A DNA stretch of 64,000 bases from an uncultured Methanosarcinaceae archaeon (GCA_963721455.1 CAVRJG010000045.1:83365-147364), one strand, 5' to 3'; counted from the first letter of the stretch, positions 31,415 to 41,881 are shown. Notes: generated by a model from the letters alone, not told the origin. Numbers and translations are program-made.

Positions 31415-33742
31415 TCAGTCAGGGACACGCTTTTCAAGATACTCAAGTTCTTCTTGATCGCTGGGTGTGAGTCCCTGAGTTTCTCCTAATTCATATTCGT
31501 TATAGAAGGCTCCTCCTAGATCCGCCCTTGCCTCCATTCTATAGCGTTGGCGTAAGATCTCATTTTTGCGTCTCCTCATCATATCAAGTATTGCATTCAC
31601 TTGTTGTTTTAGTTCTTCCAACTCCGATCGGCTGTAGATTTTTTCTCTCACCAGTAAGCCATAATCATTTTTGATCAAGTACTTTATTACTTTCATTCCC
31701 CGTGAACTATTTATCTCATTCAAGAAAGCAATATATGGGACGCTATAGATCATCCGTACATCCTTAACAGTTCTATCATGAGCCATAGTACTGCTAAGCT
31801 TCATCCTTTGGCTTGTGAATCAAAGTTTCAGCTTGTTTAGATAGGTATTCATACCTCTGTTTCTGTGTTTCTGGAGCAATTCCAGGTTTTATTTTCGGTC
31901 CTGTAAACTTGTTCATTAGGACTGACAGGCTAGCACCAACTTCAATCAGGTTAAGTGTTCCTGTTTGATCGATGAATGAGACATCCACATCTTCTGATAC
32001 AGGAGTAGTTTTGTCGGCGAATACTCCTGTAGCTGAGTAATTCGAGCCACTAAAAACTTTTTCGCCTATTTGGGGTCCGATTCTGCTAGCAGAGACCAAT
32101 GCCTCTAATTCTGCGTTTACCCCTTTAAGTGTCGTTACAAATCCGTCTAACACTTGTCCTCCTTCACCTACGAGATAATAATCCGGAGGCTTTTCCCATA
32201 TGCTACTGAAAGCCCTATGAAGCATATCTTCTATACCTTTAAGTTCTATCCTTTCTTTGAGTCCTATTATGGTATTTAGTAGATCCAGAGTCAGTTGAGT
32301 TTCCGATTTATAACCTTTTACTGTCATCAAGGCGAGTTTATACTTGAACTCCAATTCTGATCTTCCTGGGGTAAATTGAGTAACTACGTCGGCATCCGTA
32401 CCCCAGAACTGAACGGAAAAAATCGATCCTAATTGTGATGTCAAATCCTCTCTTGGTGTCGGTCTCTGGCTCTTCTTTGGCGGCGGTCTTTAGCGATTTC
32501 TTGGAGTCGGTCTTTCGCCGATTAAGAAGCGCTTTTCGATTTGGAAAAATTGTGCCATCTATAGATTGAAGGTATCCTCGTAGAATCTCGTCTCCACCGT
32601 TTTGTTCAGTGACTGCCTTTGCTTCACGAGAACCAAGGATGTCATTGTAGACTTGAAGCCATTCCATCTGGTGATTCTGAACCGTCTCAACCACTTTTTT
32701 GTCTTTGAGAATATTCCATACAATGAACGTAAATACTCCCTGAATTATGGGAAATAAGGGAGTGCGGAGATTTTTTATAAAGAGTTGATTTCGTAATGAA
32801 TCGTTGCCCTTGCTAAGGATGCGTACTTTCATGACATCCGCTTCATGCTCCAGACCCTCGTCATCATTAATGGGAACCCCGTCCTTCAACTGCATCGTAG
32901 GGTTTACTCTACCCTGTGCCTGCTGCACCACATGCCACGCCTCATGCGGCAAATGCTTCTCCTGCCCCGGAGCTACATGAATATCTGTTCCCTGAGTATA
33001 AGCCAAAGCCCCTACTTCAGCAGGCTTCGATGAGTTATAATGCACCCTCACATCACTCATATCAATTCCAGACAAACTCTCCACGCCAGCCTTGAGGTTA
33101 TCTGGCATTCCAGTGTTATTCTCCCTCTTTGTCTGAAGAGGCTCTTCTTCCTCAGGGATTTCCTGACGCTGGATACTTTCAAATTTACCTTGAAGAAGTT
33201 CCTCTTCTTCTGGGATTTCCTGCCTCTGCACTATAGGAGCTGCGAAACACGAAGGGCAGGCTATTTCAGGCTTGTTTTCAAACTTGCCTTGAAGAGGTTC
33301 TTCTTCCTCTGGAATTTCTTGGCGCTGGATAGTTCCTATCATTTTTCCTTGAAGAGGTTCTTCCTCTTCAGGAATTTCTTGCCTTTGCATGCATGAAGGG
33401 CATGTTTCTTCCTCAGGCCCACCTTCAAACTTACCTTGCAGCGGTTCTTCTTCCTCAGGTATTTCCTGGCGTTGGACCAGCTCTTGACGTTGAACAGGCG
33501 GTGCTTGTTTAGCTTTTGAAGGAATCAGCCCAATTTCTGATAACAGCCTGCCAACTGCCCGATTTCCAATAGTACTGCTGAAGCTGCATGACATCAGCGT
33601 GTGTGAGAGATTTTGGATTGATTCTGGCACGCTGGATGATAGCCATTGGATGTGAACTAGGAGCCTGGATTCGGGGAGTTGCTTGCTTTTGAGAAGTAGT
33701 TTTTGATTCTGTGGATTGCTGGGTTTGCTGATGTTCTGGCAT
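31415..33742 (-). pseudogene. DUF4157 (eCIS-associated) protein with repeats and a variable C-terminal domain; three frame breaks (~33572, ~32450, ~31805)
   Basis: MPEHQQ..DVMQLQ / TIGNRAVGRLL; 5x QRQEIPEEEE(P/L)LQ; NNTGMPDNLKAGVESLSG..VRVHYNS..AYTQG..HLPHEAWHVVQQ; downstream frames 31794..32444 and 31415..31804. Confidence 0.8.
33130..33480 (-). repeat. Five coding repeats QRQEIPEEEE(P/L)LQ(G/T)K with two CPSC spacers
   Basis: Directly visible in the 32338..33630 translation. Confidence 0.9.
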
Positions 33743-33941
33743 GAAAAACATCCCTGTGGAAGATGACTGTATAATTCTTCAAAAAAATTGATAATATTAA
33801 GATGTCACAGTACAAGATACTTTCTGTTTTAAAATAAATTTCATTGAATAGAATATTGTTGAGAAAAAGACTGAGATTTAACATACTGTTTTGTGGAGGC
33901 AAAGATAATGATTATATCATATAGCCTCACTATAGGGAACT

Positions 33942-34223
33942 ATGGCAGCTACAACTACAATTTGCCTTGAACCTGAAGTAAAAGAGTTGCTTAATGGATT
34001 GAAGATCCATCCGCAGGAATCTTACAACTCTGTCGTGAAACGATTGGCTACCAGTGCTTATGACTGGGAACCGCTTAGCGAAGAGTCGATCAAACAAATC
34101 GAAGAAGGGCTGCGTGATTATAGAGAAGGCAAATTTTTCACTCATGAAGAAGTCTGGGGAGAAATCGAAAAGGAAGGAAAAGAAAAGACCGGGAAAACAA
34201 AGGTTGGAGAATGTACCGAATAA
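33942..34223 (+). CDS. Antitoxin of a RelE-type TA pair
   Basis: TTTICL..VKELL..ESYNSVVKRL RHH-like N-terminus; EEGLRDYREGKFFTHEEV; overlaps the toxin start. Confidence 0.8.
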   Translation: MAATTTICLEPEVKELLNGLKIHPQESYNSVVKRLATSAYDWEPLSEESIKQIEEGLRDYREGKFFTHEEVWGEIEKEGKEKTGKTKVGECTE

Positions 34224-34474
34224 TTTATTCTCCGGCAGCTAAAAGAGATTTGAAAAGGTTGCCTGCAGATGTTCAGGATCGGGTGCGAGATGCTCTTGAT
34301 GAGATAGTGGATGATCCTTATGAACATGTCAAGAAATTAAGAACTCCTTCTAACTCCCCTATTTTTGCTTATAGAGTCGGCAAGTACAGGGTTGTTATGT
34401 CGATTCACGATTTTGAACTGATAATTCTGGTTCTTGAAGTCGGAGATCGGAAAAATATCTATCGAAAATTTTGA
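34211..34474 (+). CDS. relE: RelE/ParE-family toxin
   Basis: YRIIYSPAAKRDLKRLP..YRVGKYRVV..VLEVGDRKNIY. Confidence 0.9.
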   Translation: MYRIIYSPAAKRDLKRLPADVQDRVRDALDEIVDDPYEHVKKLRTPSNSPIFAYRVGKYRVVMSIHDFELIILVLEVGDRKNIYRKF

Positions 34475-34629
34475 GCTGGGACTGCAAGAATGCAGAATTT
34501 TTACAATAAAAACTGTGTATATTAAATTAGTGTTTACAAAACTTTCGTACGTTGTCTGCAAAAAATAAATTAAACCCCTTAGAATACTAAATAAGAATTC
34601 GAAAATACCCCCGATGGAGGCTTTGAAAC

Positions 34630-35391
34630 ATGCCAGAAACAGGAACTGAAGGGCCAAAAATAATAAAAAAGTCAGTAAAAGAAGAGGACAAACCAGGCAG
34701 TTCCGAAGAAGTGGGGCAGAAAGTCATAATGCAGGTTGAAAACCTTTCCAAAACCTATTTCCAGGGCAAAATCCCTGTCCATGCCCTTCGCTGTGCCTGC
34801 ATAACCGTAAGAAAAGGGGAACTTCTTGCGATAATGGGGCCTTCAGGTTCAGGAAAATCGACTCTTCTCGCCCTGATAGGCACACTTGAAAAAGCCACGG
34901 ACGGGAAAATAATTCTTGACGGGACAGACCTTACTTCTGTGCCTGAAAAACTGCTTCCCCGCGTGAGAAGAGAAAAAATCGGCTTTATTTTCCAGCACTA
35001 TAACCTCATTCCCACCCTTTCTGCGCTTGAAAATGTGGAGCTTGCCATGCGCTTTTCCAGGGTGCCAAAAAAAGAAAGGAAAGAAAGGGCAAGGAACCTG
35101 CTTGAAGAACTTGGCCTTGGAGACCGTCTCACCCATAAACCCTCGGAACTCTCAGGAGGAGAACAGCAGAGAGTTTCTATTGCCAGGGCACTTGCGAATA
35201 AGCCTGCCCTTATCCTGGCTGACGAGCCCACAGGAGAGGTGGACAGCAAAACCAGGGATTCAATTGTCAGGATCTTCAAGGAGTTAAGCGAAAAAGGGCA
35301 GACAATTCTTGTTGTGACACATGATCCGGAGGTTGCAAAAGAATGTTCGAGGATACTGCGGATCACGGACGGGATTATTAAAGATCATTAA
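34630..35391 (+). CDS. LolD/MacB-type ABC ATP-binding protein
   Basis: GPSGSGKST, LSGGEQQRV, ILADEPTG and VTHD motifs. Confidence 0.95.
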   Translation: MPETGTEGPKIIKKSVKEEDKPGSSEEVGQKVIMQVENLSKTYFQGKIPVHALRCACITVRKGELLAIMGPSGSGKSTLLALIGTLEKATDGKIILDGTDLTSVPEKLLPRVRREKIGFIFQHYNLIPTLSALENVELAMRFSRVPKKERKERARNLLEELGLGDRLTHKPSELSGGEQQRVSIARALANKPALILADEPTGEVDSKTRDSIVRIFKELSEKGQTILVVTHDPEVAKECSRILRITDGIIKDH

Positions 35392-35496
35392 AGGCACTGG
35401 AAGAAAAATGATTAAAGAGAGATAAAATGGTAAAGAGAGGCAAATGTAGTAAAAAGAGATAAGGATGGGCTAAAAATTAGCATTTACTTAAACCTT

Positions 35497-36420
35497 TCAA
35501 ATTTCTCCAAGCTCCCAGCCAAGGTGTTCTTTTATGACAGTATATGCCATTGCAGGCGGGATGATCCCGATATCGGTTACGATCATATCTATGTATTCGG
35601 CAGGGGTGAAGTCAAAAGCCGGATTTCTTACCTGCACATGAGAAAGTTCTTTCAGGATTGCAGGGTCTACGACTTCATCTACAGCCCTTTCTTCGATTTC
35701 TATGGGGTTTCCGACAATCGTGCTCGGGCTAAACTTGAAGGTCTCGGCAGCTACCATGAAACTTTTTCTGGCCTCATGGGCAGCAAGGGCAAGCTGGGAG
35801 GTTCCTATCTTGTTTACCAGGGCGCCGTTAGCTGCAATAGCATCAGCCCCGACAATGACCTTATCCACCTCTTTCATGTAGTAGCGCACTGCAGAATCCA
35901 CGATCAGGGTTGTGGGAATCCCGAAATCGTTAAGGTGACGGATTGTCAATAAGCCCTGGCGCCTGGGGCGGCTTTCTGTGGCAACTACCGAGATGGCCTT
36001 TCCGTCCTCAAACGCTGTAGTGATAATGGAGAGGGCAGCATGGGAGTTGCAGTGGGTCATAATAACGTCTCCATCCCGGATCCTTCTTGCCCCGATTTTT
36101 CCGATTTTTCCAAGGGCTTTGTCAGCTCTCTCGATAAAGAGGTTTGCATTTTCAATGATTTCCTGCCTTGCCTCTTCCACATTTCCTGAAGAGTACTTTG
36201 AAGCGAGTTTTACGGCATTAGGAAGAGAAACGGCTGTAGGGCGGGTACTGATTAGAAAATTTGAAACATCCCTGATGCTGGTACTGAATTCCTCCATTGA
36301 AGCCACTTCCAGCCCTGAGGCATAATCCCTGATAGCTTCAGCAGCAGCTTTTGCAATCCTGCCCGCGCCCCGGATTTCCATTGTCCGGATCTTTTCTGCG
36401 GTTTCCTGAACTTTTTCCAT
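35497..36420 (-). CDS. Ribose-1,5-bisphosphate isomerase (eIF2B-like)
   Basis: MEIRGAGRIA, TRPTAVSL, THCNS, ESRP, NKIGT and NPAFD motifs. Confidence 0.9.
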   Translation of the reverse strand: MEKVQETAEKIRTMEIRGAGRIAKAAAEAIRDYASGLEVASMEEFSTSIRDVSNFLISTRPTAVSLPNAVKLASKYSSGNVEEARQEIIENANLFIERADKALGKIGKIGARRIRDGDVIMTHCNSHAALSIITTAFEDGKAISVVATESRPRRQGLLTIRHLNDFGIPTTLIVDSAVRYYMKEVDKVIVGADAIAANGALVNKIGTSQLALAAHEARKSFMVAAETFKFSPSTIVGNPIEIEERAVDEVVDPAILKELSHVQVRNPAFDFTPAEYIDMIVTDIGIIPPAMAYTVIKEHLGWELGEI

Positions 36421-36491
36421 AATATAAAGGATAGATAGAGTCAGATTTATAGCTATCTTCCGGTTTTTCTGGCATCTGCCCCAACAAAAAT

Positions 36492-37280
36492 TCAGATTTC
36501 AGTTATTTTATCAGAGATATTCCTGTAGTGAGCAAAGAGGTCTTCCCCCCACTGAAGGGCAACAGAGTCGAAGCACAGGACATCTTCCTTATGGTCAAAA
36601 GTGCCGTCAGAAAAAGGCAGGGTAAGCGAGAGAAACCTGTCACTAACTACATGGGAGAGTTCTATTTTTTTGCTGCATACGTAAAAACTCGCATTCTCGA
36701 ATTTAAGAAACTCAGCTAACTCGGCCCCGAATTCTTCCTTTATCCTTTCATAAATCGGGAGAGTTACAACGATAGAGATATCCACTCCCTTTTTTGCAAA
36801 AGTCAGGAAAAGTGATGGATAAAGAGGGTGAAAAACAGAGGCAATGCCATTTATTTTTTTTGAATTCATCAGGTTTTCCACAAATTCCCTGTGAGGTTCA
36901 AAGAGGCGTGTCCTGTCAGGAGGTTCGGAAAACGTGCAGTTTGCCAGTTCTCCGATCCTTTTCCGCAAAGGAACAGGTAAGCACTCGACTGCATGGTTTG
37001 CCCAGTAATCATATTTACTTCCGAAAACGTTTAAAACATCCGCCATTGCCTGCATTCTGCCAGCTACCGCTATACCGAGGGGAGACAGGCTGTAAACGTC
37101 TCCTGTCTTTAAGATCAGGAAATTTTCCCTCAGTTTTTTTAGCTGGGGAAGAATTGCCACCGGACCTACATTTAACGTTTTTTTAATCTCTGAGATAGAT
37201 TTTGGCTCATCCTTTAAAAATAAAAGAAGATCGGTCCTTTTTTCGGAGAGGAAAATCAATTCGAGAAGCGGACTGTTCAT
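36492..37280 (-). CDS. Winged-helix/DUF1724 (Msr-like) regulator
   Basis: FLSEKRTDLLLFLKDEPKS..ILPQLKKL..YW..RIGEL..ALQWGEDLF. Confidence 0.88.
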   Translation of the reverse strand: MNSPLLELIFLSEKRTDLLLFLKDEPKSISEIKKTLNVGPVAILPQLKKLRENFLILKTGDVYSLSPLGIAVAGRMQAMADVLNVFGSKYDYWANHAVECLPVPLRKRIGELANCTFSEPPDRTRLFEPHREFVENLMNSKKINGIASVFHPLYPSLFLTFAKKGVDISIVVTLPIYERIKEEFGAELAEFLKFENASFYVCSKKIELSHVVSDRFLSLTLPFSDGTFDHKEDVLCFDSVALQWGEDLFAHYRNISDKITEI

Positions 37281-37570
37281 GTTTTTGTCATATATGCAGC
37301 TACTTAATAAATATCTTCCTGATTTTGCAGCTGCTTTTGTCCTGAAAATATTTGTTATTACAGGGGATTTATTGAAAACTTATTAACAGAGTTAGAATGA
37401 CTGCAGAAGGGTGAACCCTCGTACATAAAATTAAATTTTGTACAAAGAATAAAAGAAATTGAAGGCTTACAAATCGGCTTTTGAGTCCAATAAACCGAAT
37501 TTTGAGGTGGCTAAATAATTTAATGCGAAGCAAATTTTAAAGTCGTGTAGGTTATATACGTTTATAACAT

Positions 37571-37690
37571 AAAGAGAAAGTCAACGATTAAGAGTTAAGG
37601 GTTTTTCTCTTAATCGTAGGGGTTGAATCACGCGATTGGGAGCCAATCAGAGGTGGCGAAAGGCTCCCAATTATAGCAAAATCTTTTTAA
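37571..37690. ncRNA. Candidate ~100-nt two-hairpin small RNA
   Basis: Perfect stems acgattaagag/ctcttaatcgt (37584-37617) and attgggagcc/ggctcccaat (37635-37671) in an AT-rich intergenic region, with TATA-like boxes on either side. Confidence 0.5.
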
Positions 37691-38087
37691 AGAATTTTAC
37701 ATACAATAAATATTTTAATTTTAGATCATTTTTTTTCAAGAGATAATTTATGGAGTTATTTGAATAGCATTCGAAAAATATTAATTAAATGATTTTAGAT
37801 CATATTCCGATTTTTTCCAGCAGCTTATTAAGTAAACATGAAAGATTTTATTTTGAGACTCGATCTTTCTGCGGTTTCAAGAAAGAAAACCCATAAAAAG
37901 GAACAGAGAGATTAAACATATGCCGACTTCTCAAATATAAAAAGCAAGCCTTTTATTATTACCAGGAAACTTTTTTGTAACATTAATCGAATAAGAAATT
38001 TATAAATAGTATTCAGATGATATGGAATTATTTCATCAAAATTAACCACATCTAACATGAAGGTTAACGGAATTAGGAGTCAAAAAC

Positions 38088-38672
38088 TTGGATTTTGATA
38101 CTACTGTACAGTTTCACGGGCATGTCTGCCCCGGACTTTCCATTGGCTACAGGGTAGCAACACTTGCTGCCAATCACTTTCGAGACCGCAGCAAAGATGA
38201 AGAGCTGGTTGCAATTGTGGAAAACCGGTCCTGCGCCGTGGATGCCATCCAGGCAATAAATGGCTGCACCTGTGGGAAAGGGAACCTTATTTTTAAAGAT
38301 CACGGAAAGCATGTGTACACATACTTCAAAAGAGGTGATAAAAAAGCCCTGAGGATTTCCCTGAAACCCGACGTTCTCCCTCAGGATGAAAAGCATACTG
38401 TACTCTTTGCAAAATTGAGGGCAGGAACTGCAAATCCTGAGGAAACAAAGGAGTTTCGGGCCTCGCACGAAGCGAAAAGCCAGAGGGTTCTGGAAATGCC
38501 AGAGGAAGAACTTTTCTGGGTCAGAGAAGTGGAAATCGAGCCCCCTGAAAAAGCTATAGTTTATCCCACCCTGATCTGCAGCAAATGCGGGGAAGGTTTT
38601 ATGGAACCTCTCGGCAGGGTGAAAAGCGGAAAAATAGTCTGCATCCCCTGCTTTGAGGCAAAAGATGAATGA
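38088..38672 (+). CDS. FmdE-family protein with C-terminal zinc finger
   Basis: FHGHVCPGL, CAVDAIQ..GCTCGKGN and CSKCGE..CIPC motifs. Confidence 0.9.
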   Translation: MDFDTTVQFHGHVCPGLSIGYRVATLAANHFRDRSKDEELVAIVENRSCAVDAIQAINGCTCGKGNLIFKDHGKHVYTYFKRGDKKALRISLKPDVLPQDEKHTVLFAKLRAGTANPEETKEFRASHEAKSQRVLEMPEEELFWVREVEIEPPEKAIVYPTLICSKCGEGFMEPLGRVKSGKIVCIPCFEAKDE

Positions 38673-39114
38673 AAATCCTGAGGTTCCCGAAACAATCGAA
38701 ATGATCCCTGTAGGCTACGTGGAAAACGATTACATTGAGCCGGTGTACAACGAAGAGGTCTACAGGAAGGTTTCAAAGATAGTCCTGAAGGAAGAATTTA
38801 CAGATGGGCTTTACCGGATCGAAGACTTTGAAAAACTGTACGTTCTCTTCTATTTCAACAAGTCGAAAGGATATGAACTCATCCACCGCCGCCGTTATGA
38901 TGGAGAGATTTCCGGAGTCTTCGCAAGCAGAAGCCCTTACCGCCCTAACGGGATAGGGCTAACGGTTGTAGAGCTTTTGAAAGTAGAGGATAATGTGCTC
39001 CATATAAAGGGCCTTGATGCTATTAATGGGACACCTGTGCTCGATATTAAGCCCTACATAAAAGAGACTGAAGAAAAGGATGAAGAAAAAGAGCAGGTTA
39101 AGAAAACGGGCTAA
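38665..39114 (+). CDS. tsaA: TsaA/TrmO-family SAM-binding protein
   Basis: GVFASRSPYRPNGIGL and GLDAINGTPVLDIKPY motifs. Confidence 0.88.
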   Translation: MNENPEVPETIEMIPVGYVENDYIEPVYNEEVYRKVSKIVLKEEFTDGLYRIEDFEKLYVLFYFNKSKGYELIHRRRYDGEISGVFASRSPYRPNGIGLTVVELLKVEDNVLHIKGLDAINGTPVLDIKPYIKETEEKDEEKEQVKKTG

Positions 39115-39221
39115 GTAAAAGTATCCGAACCTGAAGAAAATAGAAAATAGAAAAAAAATAAAAAATATGAGAATGAAGCAACCTTAAAGAACCCGAATCC
39201 ATAAGCCCGAATGAGCATTTA

Positions 39222-39902
39222 TCATTTGAACTTTGCCAGAACTGCAAGGTGATCTTCATGATAGGGCATCAGGTCCTTTGCATTAAGAATCTCGAATTTG
39301 GGCTCAAAAGCCTGTTCAAGTTTTCTTACTTCTTCCTTAAAGATTTCTTTGGGATTTGCTGCAGTGTCGATACTCCGGGCCTTGATGGAAAGCAGGAGAT
39401 ATCCATCCTTTTTCAAAAAGCGGGCAGCATTCCTTGAAGCTATTTCTGCCTGGTTGGGCTGAGCAACGTCCTGGAAAATAAGGTCCACAGGTTCAACCAG
39501 ATGGGAATAACTGTCCGGACTTCCCGCATCAGCCAGAATTGGGTGGAGATTTTTCCGCCTTGATGCAAGCCCTATCAGATCTCTCATGCTTCGTGGGGCA
39601 AACTCGACGGCATAAACGGCACCTTCTGAGACGATATCCGAAACATGGCTGACAGTTGTGCCTGAAGCCGCCCCAAGGTAAAGAACTTTAGAATCTTCCT
39701 GCAGGGGGATATCGAATTTCTTGAGGACCATAGCTCCAAGCTTGCTCCGGCGAGGGTCCCATATCCGGTACTCAACTCCTTCAACCGGGATCAGCTTTTC
39801 TCCATAAACCACTTTTCCAGGGTCAAGGTTCTTTGTAGCAAGCTGTTTTTTGTCCTTAATAACTTCAAAAATTCCGTCCGACAGCTTTCTGACTTCAGAC
39901 AT
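39222..39902 (-). CDS. flpA: Fibrillarin-like rRNA/tRNA 2'-O-methyltransferase
   Basis: VYGE, WDPRRSKL, VLYLGAASGTTVSHVSD and QDVAQPNQ motifs. Confidence 0.96.
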   Translation of the reverse strand: MSEVRKLSDGIFEVIKDKKQLATKNLDPGKVVYGEKLIPVEGVEYRIWDPRRSKLGAMVLKKFDIPLQEDSKVLYLGAASGTTVSHVSDIVSEGAVYAVEFAPRSMRDLIGLASRRKNLHPILADAGSPDSYSHLVEPVDLIFQDVAQPNQAEIASRNAARFLKKDGYLLLSIKARSIDTAANPKEIFKEEVRKLEQAFEPKFEILNAKDLMPYHEDHLAVLAKFK

Positions 39903-40913
39903 TTATTTCCTCCTCTTTTTCTTTATTTTTGCCCCGCTTTCCTGCTTTTTTTGAGGAGGCCTGGGGTTCAAAGCCTTGATCTGCAGGACCTTTGTTTCAA
40001 GCTTTTCTGCAAGAGAGAGATCTTTTTTCCCGGAATAAAAGTCGATGCGTGCAGCAAGAGAAAGCTTTGCTGCAACGGCTCTTGCTATCTTTCCCCTTAC
40101 CCACCAGGGCGCGGTATTTATTAGAGGATGGCTATAGATCACACCGTGCTTCGGAGATGGAGCCCGAGCCCGGAGATGCTTGAAAAGAGCCTTGCTGGCT
40201 CCTATAACCTGAATGGTGCTGGAGGGAAATACAGCAAGTTTTTTGAGGCTCCCTGCAATACTTATCAACCTTGCCCCGAGCATGGGGCCCGCGATAAGGT
40301 TCAGGTTGGGTGCGACCACTTCCATGCTGTTCTGAATATAAGCCTCGATCTGTCTCCTCCGTTCATACAGGCTGCAGACGCTTTCTGCAAAACCTTTAAG
40401 AAGCGCTTCATCCGCAGCTTCAAGTTTTGCGCCCATAGAATCCCTGGCTTTCGAATAAAGCGGATCTTCAGAACCAATATTATCACGGGAACCGTATTTT
40501 GCAATAAAAAGTGCAAGGGCTTCTCCGCTTAGCCCGCTTTCGGGAAAATAACCTCCGTACCATTCAAAAAGCCTTTCCGAAAGGGAGTTTGTCGTTTCAT
40601 TGATGTCGTCCAGAGCTTCCACAGCCTGGATAATTCGCTGGTCAGGAGTTAGAGCTCCTGAGACCTGGATTTTTGCAGCTTCCAGAGTGACTTCGTGTAA
40701 AAGGGAGTAGTATTCGGCAGGGGATTCTACAAATCCGCATTCGATAGCTGCGGCTTTCAGGTCAAAGCCTTCAGGAGGGAGATTCGACCTGCTGTCCCTT
40801 AAAGAAAGAGAGTGCAGGGCAAGCTCCCGGATGCCCTTTGAAAGAAGCCCGAATTCCAGAATTTCCCCTGCCCTGCCTGTTTCAAGGACTCCAAACCAGG
40901 TGTCGACTTTCAA
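39903..40913 (-). CDS. nop5: C/D box sRNP subunit Nop5
   Basis: ERLFEWY, APNL, PSSTIQVIGASKALF, PKHGVI and RGKIAR motifs. Confidence 0.93.
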   Translation of the reverse strand: MKVDTWFGVLETGRAGEILEFGLLSKGIRELALHSLSLRDSRSNLPPEGFDLKAAAIECGFVESPAEYYSLLHEVTLEAAKIQVSGALTPDQRIIQAVEALDDINETTNSLSERLFEWYGGYFPESGLSGEALALFIAKYGSRDNIGSEDPLYSKARDSMGAKLEAADEALLKGFAESVCSLYERRRQIEAYIQNSMEVVAPNLNLIAGPMLGARLISIAGSLKKLAVFPSSTIQVIGASKALFKHLRARAPSPKHGVIYSHPLINTAPWWVRGKIARAVAAKLSLAARIDFYSGKKDLSLAEKLETKVLQIKALNPRPPQKKQESGAKIKKKRRK

Positions 40914-41881
40914 TCAGGACCCCCCAAAATGTCCGCACCACGGTTCTTTGCCTTTGTAAGCAATACTTTCCCGCCAAGAGACTCGTCAAGCATGCGCTGG
41001 GCTTCTAGCTGGAGCCTTTTGCCTTCTCCAGCGCTGCCGACAATTCCGTAAACTACGGGCCCGAAAGAACTGATGCCTGAGCCGCTTGCTCCGTTATCCC
41101 GCATGTACTCCATAATATCCAGAACAGGGCGCGACTGAAGTTCGACTTCCCTCCTCTTAAAACCTGTAATCTGGAAGTGGTTAATTGCCCTGCCGAAACT
41201 TTCCAGGTCTTCTTCCACAAGTGCAGGAAGCATCTGCATGAGGATTACGTGGCAAATTTCCTGAACTTCGGCAAGGGGAATTGGACAATATTTTTTGAAA
41301 ATGTTCACTTCTTCCGCATCATGAGCCCCTTTACTGTTAGGGATTACAAGGACAATAGGCCAATCAGGGAAATTTCTTCTGAAAAGGACAGGGCCTGGAG
41401 GTACGTGGCTGGCCGCAGAAGGAGAAAATGCACCTTTATCCTTGAACTTGTGTCCACCGTCCAGAATGAAACCGCCGTTTTCAAAAGCAGCAACCCCTAT
41501 TCCGGAAGTGCCGCCTCTACCGACAGCAACTGCAAGTTCCCGAACGCTTTTCCCAAGTCCGTAGATTTTATTTACGGCTGCTGCTGCTGACAGTGCAGCC
41601 TGGGTCCCGGAGCCGAGCCCTACATGGTCAGGAAGACTATCGTTAATATGGAGTCTTATTCCTTTTCCTGCCGGGAGCAAAGCTTCTGCAGCTTTCCGCA
41701 TCCTGCCTGCGAGAAGAGGATCACCGAAGACTTCGATATTATCAGCTTCAGTTGCGGAAATTTCCAGGCAGGGAGATTCCAGGGCGATTCCTGCTCCCCC
41801 ATCGACCCTGCCGAGCTCTGCATTGAGGTCTATCAGGGTAAGATGTAGTCTGGATGGAGACACTACTTTAATCATGTTCAT
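40910..41881 (-). CDS. mptG: beta-RFAP synthase (methanopterin biosynthesis)
   Basis: PSRLHLTLID, RVDGG, HVGLGSGTQ, GRGGTSGIG and SSFGP motifs. Confidence 0.9.
   Translation of the reverse strand: MNMIKVVSPSRLHLTLIDLNAELGRVDGGAGIALESPCLEISATEADNIEVFGDPLLAGRMRKAAEALLPAGKGIRLHINDSLPDHVGLGSGTQAALSAAAAVNKIYGLGKSVRELAVAVGRGGTSGIGVAAFENGGFILDGGHKFKDKGAFSPSAASHVPPGPVLFRRNFPDWPIVLVIPNSKGAHDAEEVNIFKKYCPIPLAEVQEICHVILMQMLPALVEEDLESFGRAINHFQITGFKRREVELQSRPVLDIMEYMRDNGASGSGISSFGPVVYGIVGSAGEGKRLQLEAQRMLDESLGGKVLLTKAKNRGADILGGPD

Noticed and set aside
31794-31796. TAG stops as possible pyrrolysine codons (also 8651, 26078, 29953, 44210)
   Set aside because: Read-through meets another stop within about 25 codons in each case, and where homology continues it is in a different frame.
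33926-33938. ctcactataggga matching the 3' part of the T7 promoter
   Set aside because: The upstream TAATACGA part is absent and the context is a normal antitoxin 5' region; chance match.
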